Shown in pieces: positions 9,867 to 18,665 of a stretch of DNA of 34,563 bases. The notes beneath the pieces were generated by a model. It was not told the origin of the DNA and ran no database searches. It saw only the letters and a program-made list of their open reading frames with translations. Positions within the stretch are counted from its first letter, which is position 1. Each line of letters begins with the position of its first letter. Both the position numbers and the translations under genes were made by a program. The stretch comes from Deltaproteobacteria bacterium (lineage in GTDB: Bacteria > Myxococcota_A > UBA9160 > SMWR01). The stretch lies in NCBI GenBank assembly GCA_032128115.1, contig JAQBHB010000062.1:1-34563 (forward strand). Direction: 5' to 3'.

Positions 9867-10670
9867 ATGCCCGAGCCCTCCCCGATCCGCCTCGAGCGCG
9901 ACGCCGGCGTCGCCATCCTCAGCTTCCACGACCCCGACCGGCGCAACGCCATGAGCCGGGAGATGGGCGAGGCGTTCGCCCGTCAGGTGTCGCAGCTCGC
10001 AGGCGATCGCGAGCTTCGCGCGCTGGTGCTCACGGGATCGGGGCAGGCCTTCTCGGCCGGAGGCGACCTGGGGATGATCGAATCCCACGCCCGGACGGCT
10101 TCCGCCGACCCGGGAGGGGCGCGCCGCGAGATCCGCGACAGCATGCGCGCCTTCTACCAGCTGTTCCTGTCCGTGCGCGATCTGCCCTGCCCCACCGTGG
10201 CGGCCATCAACGGGGCAGCGGTGGGCGCGGGCCTGTGCGTGGCCCTGGCCTGCGACGTCCGGATCGCGTCGTCGCGTGCGAAGCTGGGGCTCAACTTCAC
10301 GCGTCTGGGGCTGCACCCGGGCATGGGCGCCACCTGGACGCTGCCCCGCCTGGTGGGACCGGCCCGGGCAGCCGAACTCCTGTACTCGAGCCGCCTGATC
10401 ACGGGTCAGGAGGCCGCGGAGATCGGCCTGGTGAATCGGGCGGTAGAGCCCGAGGCGGTGCTCGAGACGGCCCGCCAGCTGGCCGCCGAGTTCGCCGCCA
10501 ACGCCCCCCTGGCCGTGCGCGGCGTGAAGCAGGCCCTGGCCCGCTCCCTGGACGTGAGCCTGGAGGACCAGCTGAGCTTCGAAGCCACCCAGCAGGCCGC
10601 CTGTTTCGAGACCCACGACGTGGCCGAAGGCCTGGCCGCCATCCGTGAGAAGCGCGCCCCGGAGTTCTGA
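9867..10670 (+). CDS. Enoyl-CoA hydratase/isomerase (crotonase family)
   Basis: AFSAGGDL, AAINGAAVGAG, LGLHPGMG, A..IGLVN, EKRAPEF; the usual catalytic Glu positions appear substituted (LCVALACD, LNFTRLG). Confidence 0.9.
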   Translation: MPEPSPIRLERDAGVAILSFHDPDRRNAMSREMGEAFARQVSQLAGDRELRALVLTGSGQAFSAGGDLGMIESHARTASADPGGARREIRDSMRAFYQLFLSVRDLPCPTVAAINGAAVGAGLCVALACDVRIASSRAKLGLNFTRLGLHPGMGATWTLPRLVGPARAAELLYSSRLITGQEAAEIGLVNRAVEPEAVLETARQLAAEFAANAPLAVRGVKQALARSLDVSLEDQLSFEATQQAACFETHDVAEGLAAIREKRAPEF

Positions 10671-10717
10671 ACGGCGCTCGCCTGCGGCTCGTTCTGAACG
10701 GCGCTCGCCTGCGGCTC
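10664..10717. repeat. Perfect 27-bp tandem duplication spanning the enoyl-CoA hydratase stop codon
   Basis: GTTCTGAACGGCGCTCGCCTGCGGCTC at 10664-10690 and 10691-10717. Confidence 0.95.
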
Positions 10718-10724
10718 GCTGCGC

Positions 10725-10741
10725 GCGGGCCTGAGGCCCGC
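10725..10741. terminator. GC hairpin between convergent genes (possible terminator)
   Basis: GCGGGCC-TGA-GGCCCGC, only a weak T tract. Confidence 0.35.
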
Positions 10742-10750
10742 TTGCGGTTC

Positions 10751-11209
10751 CTACGAGTCTGCGGCTTCCGAGAGGAGGCGTTTGGCGATCTGGCTGACGA
10801 GCTTGCCGTCTGCGGCTGGGCCCAGGCGATCCAGGGCCGGCTTCATCACGCGCCCCATGTCCTTCGGTCCCTCTGCACCCACCTGGGCCATGGCCTCGCG
10901 CACCGCCGCCGTAACCTGGGCCTCGTCCGGGGCCGCCGGCAGGTAGGCCTCCAGGATGGCCTGCTCGGCGGCCTCCTTGTCGGCGAGGTCGCTGCGCCCG
11001 CCCAGGCGATACTGCTCCACCGAGTCGACCCGCTGCTTCACGAGGCTTCGGATCACACGCAGGATGCCCTCGTCGTCCAGGGCGTCTCCCAGCTCGATCT
11101 CCTTGTTCCGGACCGCGCCGCGCACCCCGCGCACGGTTTCGAGACGCAGCGAGTCCCGGTCCCGGAGGGCCTGCTTCATTTCGGTTTCGAGTCGTTTCTT
11201 CAGGTTCAT
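10751..11209 (-). CDS. yqeY: GatB/YqeY domain protein
   Basis: MNLKKRLETEMKQALR..., KQRVDSVEQY..GGRSDLA, YLP, KDMGRVM, ADGKLVS; start reset to ATG 11209. Confidence 0.92.
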   Translation of the reverse strand: MNLKKRLETEMKQALRDRDSLRLETVRGVRGAVRNKEIELGDALDDEGILRVIRSLVKQRVDSVEQYRLGGRSDLADKEAAEQAILEAYLPAAPDEAQVTAAVREAMAQVGAEGPKDMGRVMKPALDRLGPAADGKLVSQIAKRLLSEAADS

Positions 11210-11290
11210 GGTCTCGATTTCCCGTTTCGGTGGGACTATTGTGTGACCCGCCTCACCGATTCGACAACCCCCCGTTGCTAGCCAATGCGG

Positions 11291-11330
11291 TTCCCGGTCT
11301 CGAGCCCTGATTCCCGGTCTCGAGCCCTGA
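11291..11330. repeat. Perfect 20-bp tandem duplication in the yqeY upstream region
   Basis: TTCCCGGTCTCGAGCCCTGA at 11291-11310 and 11311-11330. Confidence 0.95.
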
Positions 11331-11421
11331 AGGGCCTCAAGACTTGAGGAAAATGTTCGAAAGAAGAACCTGGGCGTTCGCTCAATGACGGCGACCGAGA
11401 AACCTTGGGGGGACTGACTTC

Positions 11422-11508
11422 GTGACCCGCGCGCTTCGCACACCCAGCTTCTGGCTCTCCATCGTCTACGTGGGGCTGATCCTGCTGATGGCCCGGACCT
11501 ACGCCTAG
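11422..11508 (+). CDS. Candidate 28-aa single-pass membrane peptide (not in ORF track)
   Basis: GTG...TAG reads MTRALRTPSFWLSIVYVGLILLMARTYA; 26 of 28 codons end in G/C; GGGGGGA about 7 nt upstream; lies in an otherwise empty spacer. Confidence 0.55.
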   Translation: MTRALRTPSFWLSIVYVGLILLMARTYA

Positions 11509-11538
11509 CGTCCTTTGCCGACGCAAGCGCCCCTGCGC

Positions 11539-11985
11539 TCAGCCCGGCAACGCCTCTACCGGCGCCAGGATCTCCGCCGCATTGAAGAAATAGGCGATCT
11601 CCACCCGGGCCGTCTCGGGCGCATCCGAGCCGTGGACCGCATTCCGTTCGATATCCGTCCCGAAATCTCCGCGGATCGTGCCCGGCTCGGCCGCAGTGGA
11701 ATCGGTGGGGCCCATGAGCTCCCGATTCACGGCGATGGCCCCCGGGCCCTCGAGCGCGATCACGACGATCGGCCCGGAAGTCATGAATTTCACCAGATCC
11801 CCGTAGAAGGGGCGCGCCTTGTGAACGGCGTAGAAGCCGCGAGCCTGGGTCTCGCTGAGCTCAATCTTCTTCAGCCCCACGATCTCGAGGCCGGCCGCCT
11901 CGAAGCGGCGCAGGATCTCACCCGTGGCCCGCGCGGCCACGGCATCCGGCTTGACGATCGACAGGGTCCTCTCTTTCTCGGGCAT
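11539..11985 (-). CDS. ndk: Nucleoside diphosphate kinase
   Basis: [31 protein letters not shown] active-site motif. Confidence 0.97.
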   Translation of the reverse strand: MPEKERTLSIVKPDAVAARATGEILRRFEAAGLEIVGLKKIELSETQARGFYAVHKARPFYGDLVKFMTSGPIVVIALEGPGAIAVNRELMGPTDSTAAEPGTIRGDFGTDIERNAVHGSDAPETARVEIAYFFNAAEILAPVEALPG

Positions 11986-12019
11986 GAGTCCGTCCTCCAG
12001 GATGAGTCCGTCCTCCAGG
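11984..12019. repeat. Perfect 18-bp tandem duplication covering the ndk ribosome-binding site
   Basis: ATGAGTCCGTCCTCCAGG at 11984-12001 and 12002-12019 (minus strand CCTGGAGGACGGACTCAT x2). Confidence 0.95.
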
Positions 12020-12096
12020 GACAGGGTGGAGGGGCAGCCTAGCGCGCGAATCGCCCTTGCGGGGAGAGCCGTCAGCGGGCATCAATCTGCATTCCC

Positions 12097-13764
12097 ATGC
12101 GGATCCACGGCTTTCTCGGGCTTCTCGGGCTTCTCGGGTTACTGGCCTGCCTTCCCGCGCTCCTGCACGCGAACCCCGCCGCAGGCGATGCCGCCGAACC
12201 CGAGGCTCGCCCCGGGTGGATGATCGAGGCCGACGCGGCCGACAGCTTCGACCGCAACACCGCGGGCCTCAAGGCCGTGCTGGTGCTCCTCACCCTGGGC
12301 CTGGTGGTCCACCGGCGCAGCGCGGATCGAAGCCAGCGCTCGCCCGGCCAGGACCGGCGCTACCGCGCGGCCCTGGCGCTGCTGGCGCTGCTGGCGTTCG
12401 CCTCCTTCTACAAGTTCTCGGTCTTCCACCGCAGCGAATCCGGGGTCCACCTCTGGGACGTCTACCACTACTACATCGGATCCAAATACTTCCCCGAGCT
12501 CGGGTACAGCCGCATCTACGAGTGCACCCTGGCCGCCGCCGCCGAGGACGAGTGGGAGCTGCTGGACGAGATCCGCTGGACGCGCGATCTGCGCACCATG
12601 AAGAACTGGAACGCCCGGGTGGTGCTCTCCGGGAGCAGCGGCTGCCGACCGAGCTTCAGCCCCGAGCGCTGGCAGGAGTTCAAGCAGGACCTTCTGTGGT
12701 TCGACTCCCACCTTGCCTCGCGGCAGTGGCGTGCCATCCTGACGGATCACGGCTACAACGCGAGCCCGGTGTGGACATTGGTGGGCCGCGGCCTGGCCAG
12801 CGTGTTCCCCGTGGAGAGCCTGGTCGCCGCCGTCCACGTGGACATGCTGTGGATCGGACTCACGCTCGCGGCCATTGGCTGGGCGTTCGGTTTCGAAGCC
12901 CTGTGCCTGGCGACCATCGTCTGGGGCACCGGATTCCTGTGGCGCTGGATCTGGGTGGGCGATGCCTTTGCACGTCACGCATGGTTTGCATCGGCGATGA
13001 TCGGGATCTGCTGCCTGAAGCGCGGACGTCCGATCGTAGCCGGTGCCCTGTTGTCCCTGTCCGCCCTGCTCCGCCTGTTCCCCCTGATCTTCAGCGCGGG
13101 CTACGGACTCCAGGGGCTCTTCGATGCAAAACGGACGCGCCGCTGGCCCGTGGCGCAGCTGCGCTTCGCCGCCGGCTTCGGACTCGGGGCGGCGGTGTTG
13201 GTGGCGGCGAGCTTCGCCGCCACCGGACGGGGCGCCGAGGCGTGGACCACGTTCGCCCGCAACACCGCGATCTACAGCGACGTGGTGGCCTCCAACAAGG
13301 CCGGCGCTCCCGCCCTGCTGTGGCGCCTGGATGGCAGCCTTGCCGAGGCGCTCACCGGCGAGGCGCCCGAACGCGTCTGGGTGTCGACCGACGCGTCCCG
13401 GGCGCTGGGGCTGGCGGTGATCGTGGGATTCGGGGTGCTCTACGCGCGAGCCCTTCGCCGGAGCGAGGGCTGGGAGGCCGCCGCCGCGTCGTTCACGCTG
13501 ATCCCCGTGGTGTCGGCCCCCGGCGGCTACTACTTCTCGTTCGTGGTGGCCGGGGTGATGCTCGCGACCCGACGGCCCCGCATCGCCGTGTGGCTGCTCT
13601 CCGCCTGCCTGGTCTGGCTCGTCAATGGAATCGTATTCTTCCCCCTGGACGAGATCGCCAGCCAGTTCACGGGGGTCTCCACGGTGGCCCTGCTGCTCAG
13701 CGCGGCGGTTCTCCTGGAGATGGCCCGCCCTGCCGAGACGCGAGCCGCTCAGGGCGTGACATAG
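12097..13764 (+). CDS. Polytopic membrane protein, probable GT-C fold (GT87/DUF2029-like) glycosyltransferase
   Basis: Signal-like N-terminus, many TM segments, large periplasmic loop with DVYHYYIGSKYFPELGY and DHGYNASPVW, LLRLFP motif; GT-C assignment is inference. Confidence 0.6.
   Translation: MRIHGFLGLLGLLGLLACLPALLHANPAAGDAAEPEARPGWMIEADAADSFDRNTAGLKAVLVLLTLGLVVHRRSADRSQRSPGQDRRYRAALALLALLAFASFYKFSVFHRSESGVHLWDVYHYYIGSKYFPELGYSRIYECTLAAAAEDEWELLDEIRWTRDLRTMKNWNARVVLSGSSGCRPSFSPERWQEFKQDLLWFDSHLASRQWRAILTDHGYNASPVWTLVGRGLASVFPVESLVAAVHVDMLWIGLTLAAIGWAFGFEALCLATIVWGTGFLWRWIWVGDAFARHAWFASAMIGICCLKRGRPIVAGALLSLSALLRLFPLIFSAGYGLQGLFDAKRTRRWPVAQLRFAAGFGLGAAVLVAASFAATGRGAEAWTTFARNTAIYSDVVASNKAGAPALLWRLDGSLAEALTGEAPERVWVSTDASRALGLAVIVGFGVLYARALRRSEGWEAAAASFTLIPVVSAPGGYYFSFVVAGVMLATRRPRIAVWLLSACLVWLVNGIVFFPLDEIASQFTGVSTVALLLSAAVLLEMARPAETRAAQGVT
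12113..12138. repeat. 9-bp unit x3 (TTCTCGGGC) encoding LGL repeats in the signal region
   Basis: ttctcgggc ttctcgggc ttctcggg; protein GFLGLLGLLGLL. Confidence 0.85.
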
Positions 13765-15146
13765 CCGAGATCGATCAGGCGCTGAATCTCATTTTCGGTC
13801 TGGACCCGCTCGGCGCCCACCCGGGGCAGCTGGCTCTCGCGAGCGTCGGCGATGGCGGCTTCGAGCTGGCGAATCATTCGCACCACCACCTGGGGCTCGC
13901 GATCCGCCAGATCGTTTCTCTCCCCGGGGTCGGCGTCGAGATCGTAGAGCTCGCGGCTCCCACCCAGTTGATCCACCACGAGCTTCCAGCGCCCCTCCAC
14001 CAGCGCCTGTTTGTGCAGCATGCTGCGCGTGGGGAACTTCGAGTTCGCCGCAGCAGTCTGGGCGCGCTGTCCCGCCCGCTCGTCGTAGCGATCCACCTCG
14101 CTGTAGATCGCCGCCGGACGCCAGGATCCCACGCCGGTGATCAGAGGGGCGAACGACGCGCCCGGGAGCGATGGGTCCCCCGCGTCGATGCCCAGGAGAT
14201 CCAGCAGGGTGGGCATCAGCGACACCAGCGACAGCGGCTCCTGCACGACCCGCGGATCGCCGCCACCCGGCGGCCGGATCACCAGCGGCACGCGGATCAG
14301 TTCGTCGTAGAGCGTGCGCGTGTGTCCGAGCCAGCCACGTTCGAAGAACTCCTCGCCGTGGTCGGCAACCAACACCACCCAGGTATCGTCGGACACGCCC
14401 AGGCGCTCGAGCTCGCCCAGCAGCCGGGAGATGCCCTCGTCGGTGAAGCGGATCTCCCCGTCGTACAGGTCGCGAATGAAGCCAAGCTCGGGCTCGTCGG
14501 GGGGCGGATCCAGAGCGCGCAGGTCCCAGATGCCTTCCCTGCCGTCGAGCCGCCCCGCCGACGACGGCGCCAGGCCGTACTCCGGGTGATGGCGGTACGA
14601 GTAGTGGGGGTCGAAGTAGTGCACGAACAGGTAGAAGGGCCGCTCGTCCTCCACTAGACCGATCAGCATCTGGATCGCCTCGGCCGTCACGCTGGGAGTA
14701 CTCAGGGTTTCCTCCCCACCCTGGGTCTCGCGAAACACCGCGTAGCCCTGGTCGAACTGGAATCGCTCCCCGATCAGCCAGTGGCTGACCACGCCGCCTG
14801 TGGCATAGCCCGCGCGCGACAGCACCTCCGCCAGCGTGTCCGCCGATTCCGGCAACACCCGCAGGAGCCGGTCCACCTGGTGAGACGCCGGGTGCAGTCC
14901 GGTGATCAGACTGGCGACCGAGGGCTGGGTCCAGGGCGCGGTCGAGTAGGCGCGCCGGAAGAGCAGCCCCTGGGAGGCCAGGGCGTCGATCGCCGGCGAG
15001 GTGGGTCGGGGATAACCATACGCGCCCAGGTGGTCCGCTCGCAGCGTGTCCACCACGATCAACAGCAGGTTTGGCGACGCATCCGACCCGCAGCCGCTGG
15101 CCGCGAGCAGTCCGATCGTGAGGAGGTGAAATGCAATGGCGCGCAC
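13749..15146 (-). CDS. Sulfatase-like hydrolase/transferase (alkaline phosphatase superfamily), lipoprotein
   Basis: Lipobox LLAASGC, NLLLIVVDTLRADHL, APWTQPSVASLITG, HYFDPH, YDGEI, ADHGEEF, ELYDL..DPGE, LIDLGY. Confidence 0.9.
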   Translation of the reverse strand: MRAIAFHLLTIGLLAASGCGSDASPNLLLIVVDTLRADHLGAYGYPRPTSPAIDALASQGLLFRRAYSTAPWTQPSVASLITGLHPASHQVDRLLRVLPESADTLAEVLSRAGYATGGVVSHWLIGERFQFDQGYAVFRETQGGEETLSTPSVTAEAIQMLIGLVEDERPFYLFVHYFDPHYSYRHHPEYGLAPSSAGRLDGREGIWDLRALDPPPDEPELGFIRDLYDGEIRFTDEGISRLLGELERLGVSDDTWVVLVADHGEEFFERGWLGHTRTLYDELIRVPLVIRPPGGGDPRVVQEPLSLVSLMPTLLDLLGIDAGDPSLPGASFAPLITGVGSWRPAAIYSEVDRYDERAGQRAQTAAANSKFPTRSMLHKQALVEGRWKLVVDQLGGSRELYDLDADPGERNDLADREPQVVVRMIRQLEAAIADARESQLPRVGAERVQTENEIQRLIDLGYVTP

Positions 15147-15152
15147 GCGGCG

Positions 15153-16307
15153 CTACCGGCGCGGGAGGCCCAGGATCCTCTCGGCGACGATGTTCCGTTG
15201 GATCTCGCTCGTGCCCCCGGCGATGGTCATGGCCCGATCGCTCAGGAATCGCTGGGACCAGGGGCCAGCGGTTTCGCCGGCGCTGGTTTCACCTCGCCCG
15301 TAGTCGTAGAGCACCCCGTAGGGACCCTGCATCTCGACCGCGGCCTCGGAATAGCGCTGGGTCAGGTTCGTGGCGATGCACTTCATGGCCGCAGAGGTGT
15401 GGGGATTGAAGCGGTCGTGGAGCTGGTCGCTCAGCACGCGCAGTCCGATGGCGTTCATGATCCGGGTGCGGATTGCCAGGTCGGCGATGCGCTGGCGCCA
15501 CACCGGGTCGTCCGCCACCCCCGCCTTGCGCGCCGTCTTGATCACCTCGCGCAGGCTCTGGTCGAAGCGGATGGCGGAGGCGATGCCGGAGCGTTCGTTG
15601 ATGAGTGCGCTCGAGACGACCTCGTAGCCCTGCCCCTCCTTGCCCAACAGCGAGTCCACGGGAACCCGCACGTCGCGAAGGAATACCTCGCTGAATTCGG
15701 AGCCACCGGTGATCATCTTCGTGCGGCGGATGTCGATGCCCGGCGTGTCCATGGGGATCAGGAACAGCGAGAGGCCGGCCACCTTGTGGCCCTCACTCGA
15801 GGTTCGCGTCAGCAGGAAATACCAGTTGGATAGGTGGGCCAGGCTCGTCCAGATCTTCTGCCCATTGATCACGTAGTGCTCCCCGTCGCGAACCGCCCGG
15901 GTCTGGGTGTTGAACATGTCACTGCCGGCGCCGGGCTCCGAGTAGCCGGTGGCCCAGATGTCTTCGCCCGTGAGCAGGCGGGGAACGAAGCGCTGCTTCT
16001 GCTCCTCGCTGCCGAAGCGCAGGATGGCGGGGCCCACCCAGGAGATCCCCATGGAGCCCAGGGGGGACGGAGCCTCGGCACGGGCCATCTCCTCGTTGAG
16101 GATCGCCTGCTCCATGGGCGACAGGCCGGCGCCGCCGTGCTCCACGGGCCAGGCCGCCCCCAGGAAGCCGGCCTCGTGCAGACGGCGCTGCCAGGCTCGC
16201 AGTCCCTCGCTATCGACCTTGCCCTTCGGGCGGGGCTTGTTCTGCTCGATCCAATCGCGAACACGCGCGCGGAAGGCCTGTTCTTCAGCCGTGTAGCTCA
16301 GGTCCAT
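15153..16307 (-). CDS. Acyl-CoA dehydrogenase (FadE-type)
   Basis: WPVEHGG, GYSEPGAGSD, INGQKIWTS, FSEVF, LINER, IAGGTSEIQRNIVAERILGLPR. Confidence 0.93.
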   Translation of the reverse strand: MDLSYTAEEQAFRARVRDWIEQNKPRPKGKVDSEGLRAWQRRLHEAGFLGAAWPVEHGGAGLSPMEQAILNEEMARAEAPSPLGSMGISWVGPAILRFGSEEQKQRFVPRLLTGEDIWATGYSEPGAGSDMFNTQTRAVRDGEHYVINGQKIWTSLAHLSNWYFLLTRTSSEGHKVAGLSLFLIPMDTPGIDIRRTKMITGGSEFSEVFLRDVRVPVDSLLGKEGQGYEVVSSALINERSGIASAIRFDQSLREVIKTARKAGVADDPVWRQRIADLAIRTRIMNAIGLRVLSDQLHDRFNPHTSAAMKCIATNLTQRYSEAAVEMQGPYGVLYDYGRGETSAGETAGPWSQRFLSDRAMTIAGGTSEIQRNIVAERILGLPRR

Positions 16308-16344
16308 GGAGCATCCTCGTCGCGGGTCCTGGGGAAGACCACCT

Positions 16345-16374
16345 CAGGATACCGGATCGCAGGATACCGGATCG
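16345..16374. repeat. Perfect 15-bp tandem duplication, intergenic
   Basis: CAGGATACCGGATCG at 16345-16359 and 16360-16374. Confidence 0.93.
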
Positions 16375-16410
16375 GGCCCGCAAATCGCTTACGACCCGCA
16401 AATCGCTTAC
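16375..16410. repeat. 18-bp-period tandem duplication spanning the DUF3604 stop codon
   Basis: G(G/A)CCCGCAAATCGCTTAC at 16375-16392 and 16393-16410, one mismatch. Confidence 0.9.
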
Positions 16411-18665
16411 AAATCGGCGTCGGCGCGCCGGAACTGGTCCACGTAGATGGGCGACGACCAGGCGCGCTCCTGCACCGGGGCCAGGCAATCGTCATCGTCG
16501 GCGGTGCGGTAGTCGCCATAGCAGGGCGAGATCCGAATCGGTCGTCCCTGCGCGTCGAACCCGGTGCGCAGATTCGCGCCGTTGATGGCCGGCGTTTCCT
16601 CCTGGATCGCCCGCACGTAGTAGACCGCGTCGCGACCCGACTCGGCGTATCCGGAATCGTCGAATTCGACGGCGCAGCCCTGGGACCGACCCGCCCGCTG
16701 GGCCTCGGCGTCGCAGTCGAAGCGCCGCCAGGGATCCTCCACCAGCAGCGTCACGTCTTCGCCGGGCCGCACCTGGGGTCGCACCCGCACCACGTCGATG
16801 GACGCGATCGGGTGGCGGGTGTCGCCCGGGTGGTAACACTCGCCCCGGCAGAGCCGCTGCAGCCGTTCCGGCGACAAACCGCGTGTGCTTTCGCCGGGAC
16901 AACCCGGTTGCTGGACGAACGACCCGAGCGCCCGCACCCTGAAACGAGGAGACACCGCGGCCCGACCCGCGCCTCCCATGGGCACCACGCCTCCGGGCCC
17001 GTTCAACCAGTCGAACCACAGCAGGATGCGCGGCCCGCTGGTGCCGTAGACCTCGCGTTGGCGAAGAGCCTGCCAGATCGAGCCCCGGTCACGTCCGCGG
17101 GCGTGCACGGCCACCAGTCCGCCGGGGTACAGGAAGCTCGCCACCCGCTCCGAGTCGAACAGGTCGCGGAAGCCGCGCTCTCCGCCGGGCGCCGGCTGGG
17201 CGCGCTTTGGATCGCGCTGCGGATCCTCGAGCCACGCTGCGAGCAGCCCATCCAGGGTCGGGCTGCGCACGCCCCTCGCGTCGCTGAAACCCCGGCGATC
17301 GATCTGCTTGTAGCCCGTGCCCGGTTGGGCCTTGTGATCGTCGCTCGACGCCACGAAGCCCCAGCGGAACCGCAGCGGCTCGCCCCGGGCATCCGTTTCA
17401 TCGAAGTTGGCGATCGCCAGGCTGTACTGGGCCGACTCACCGGGACGCAGCGAGTAGGCCGGCTTGAAGCAGTCGCGACATTGCCCGCAATCGAGCCACT
17501 CTTCCGGGCCGGCCTCGGGAAATACCCGCTGGGGCGAGGTGCCCGCTTCCAGCGCGAACCGGCGCGCCTCGACCACCCGCGCCTCGCACTCGTCTGCGGG
17601 AAGGTCGCCGCAACGCTCGCGCACGATCTCCCCCGCCTGCCAGCAGCACGGCAGGAAGTCGGGGGTGGGCTCCCGACACACGGCCTCCCCGTCCGGGCCG
17701 ACGGCCAACTCTTCCCACGAGCGGAATTGCTCGCTGTTGCCGTGGCCCGAGAAGACCTCGATCAGCCGCTGCTGCTCCGGCACGTGCCGCCCGCGCGTGA
17801 GCTGATTGGCCAGGGTAGACCCCGGCGGCGCGTGGAGCCCCCAGGCCAATCCATGGGGAATCACCAGCGTGTCCAGCCCCCACTGGCCGAGCTTCTCGAA
17901 CAGCTCTGCGGGGGTCTCGGCGTTCTCGCGGCAGTCCGGCGGGAGTTCGCGGGTGTCGACTCCTGACGCACATTCCGGAATCTGGGCCATGCGCTCGATG
18001 AGCCACAGGAAGTCGGCGTACTCGCCCATGCCGAACAGCGGGATCACGCTGCGCACGCCGCGCACGAGACCCAGGGCCCGCGCGCGATCCAGGCTGCCCG
18101 GGGGCAACGAGGCGATGGGTCGAGCCGGAAGCTCCGCATCGTCGAGCCCGGGAAAGATCACGTTCTTGTGACCGAAGTGGGCCTCGGGCGTGCGTGCCGC
18201 CTGGGTCCACTCCCAGCCCATGTAGGCCACCAGGTCGGGATCGTCCGGGTCGCCGGCCACCTCGTTGCACTGCCGAATGCTGTCCAGGGTGCGCTGCCAG
18301 CGCTCGGGCGTGAGGCCCTCGGCATGATCGTTGATGGAGAAGAAATCCAACGACGAGCAATAGCGGGCGAAGTCGCAGGCGTCGGCCGGCGGATGCCCCC
18401 CCTGGTCGCCGAAGAGGGGCAGCGAGTAGATGAAGGCGTCGATCGAGTAGGTGGTGTGAACGTGCAGGTCTCCGAACAGGATGCGCTTGTCGCCGTTCAC
18501 GTCCAGCGCCCGACGAGCGGACTCCTGGCCCTCTCGCAGCCTCTCCAGCGCCGCCGGCGACCGCCGCCCGCCTTCGATCACACCGGCGTCGCGATCCCGG
18601 TCGCCGCACGACACGGCGATGGCCAGGCCTGCAAACGCGGCGAATCCCGCGCCCCGTCGCCTCAT
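16407..18665 (-). CDS. DUF3604 family PHP-like metallo-hydrolase, probable lipoprotein
   Basis: FGDLHVHTTYSID, DFFSINDHAE, GWEWT, GFVASSDDH, REVYGTSGPRI, YYVRAIQ, QERAWSSPI; lipobox LAIAVSC; ATG 18665 overlaps upstream stop (ATGA). Confidence 0.85.
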   Translation of the reverse strand: MRRRGAGFAAFAGLAIAVSCGDRDRDAGVIEGGRRSPAALERLREGQESARRALDVNGDKRILFGDLHVHTTYSIDAFIYSLPLFGDQGGHPPADACDFARYCSSLDFFSINDHAEGLTPERWQRTLDSIRQCNEVAGDPDDPDLVAYMGWEWTQAARTPEAHFGHKNVIFPGLDDAELPARPIASLPPGSLDRARALGLVRGVRSVIPLFGMGEYADFLWLIERMAQIPECASGVDTRELPPDCRENAETPAELFEKLGQWGLDTLVIPHGLAWGLHAPPGSTLANQLTRGRHVPEQQRLIEVFSGHGNSEQFRSWEELAVGPDGEAVCREPTPDFLPCCWQAGEIVRERCGDLPADECEARVVEARRFALEAGTSPQRVFPEAGPEEWLDCGQCRDCFKPAYSLRPGESAQYSLAIANFDETDARGEPLRFRWGFVASSDDHKAQPGTGYKQIDRRGFSDARGVRSPTLDGLLAAWLEDPQRDPKRAQPAPGGERGFRDLFDSERVASFLYPGGLVAVHARGRDRGSIWQALRQREVYGTSGPRILLWFDWLNGPGGVVPMGGAGRAAVSPRFRVRALGSFVQQPGCPGESTRGLSPERLQRLCRGECYHPGDTRHPIASIDVVRVRPQVRPGEDVTLLVEDPWRRFDCDAEAQRAGRSQGCAVEFDDSGYAESGRDAVYYVRAIQEETPAINGANLRTGFDAQGRPIRISPCYGDYRTADDDDCLAPVQERAWSSPIYVDQFRRADADL

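Noticed and set aside
9..9952. Long minus-strand ORFs (601, 549, 537, 466, 519, 518 aa) opposite the dcw genes
   Set aside because: Antisense shadows typical of high-GC coding DNA; no motifs, and they fully overlap well-supported genes
9754..11330. CRISPR array or REP family
   Set aside because: Only two adjacent copies each, no spacers, units unrelated, no cas genes
11353..11417. Two tiny ORFs (MFERRTWAFAQ, MTATEKPWGD) as leader peptides
   Set aside because: Too short, weak codon bias and no recognisable attenuator
11278..11526. 82-aa minus-strand ORF, or rpsU upstream of yqeY
   Set aside because: No S21-like sequence; the plus-strand 28-aa frame has better codon bias and an SD
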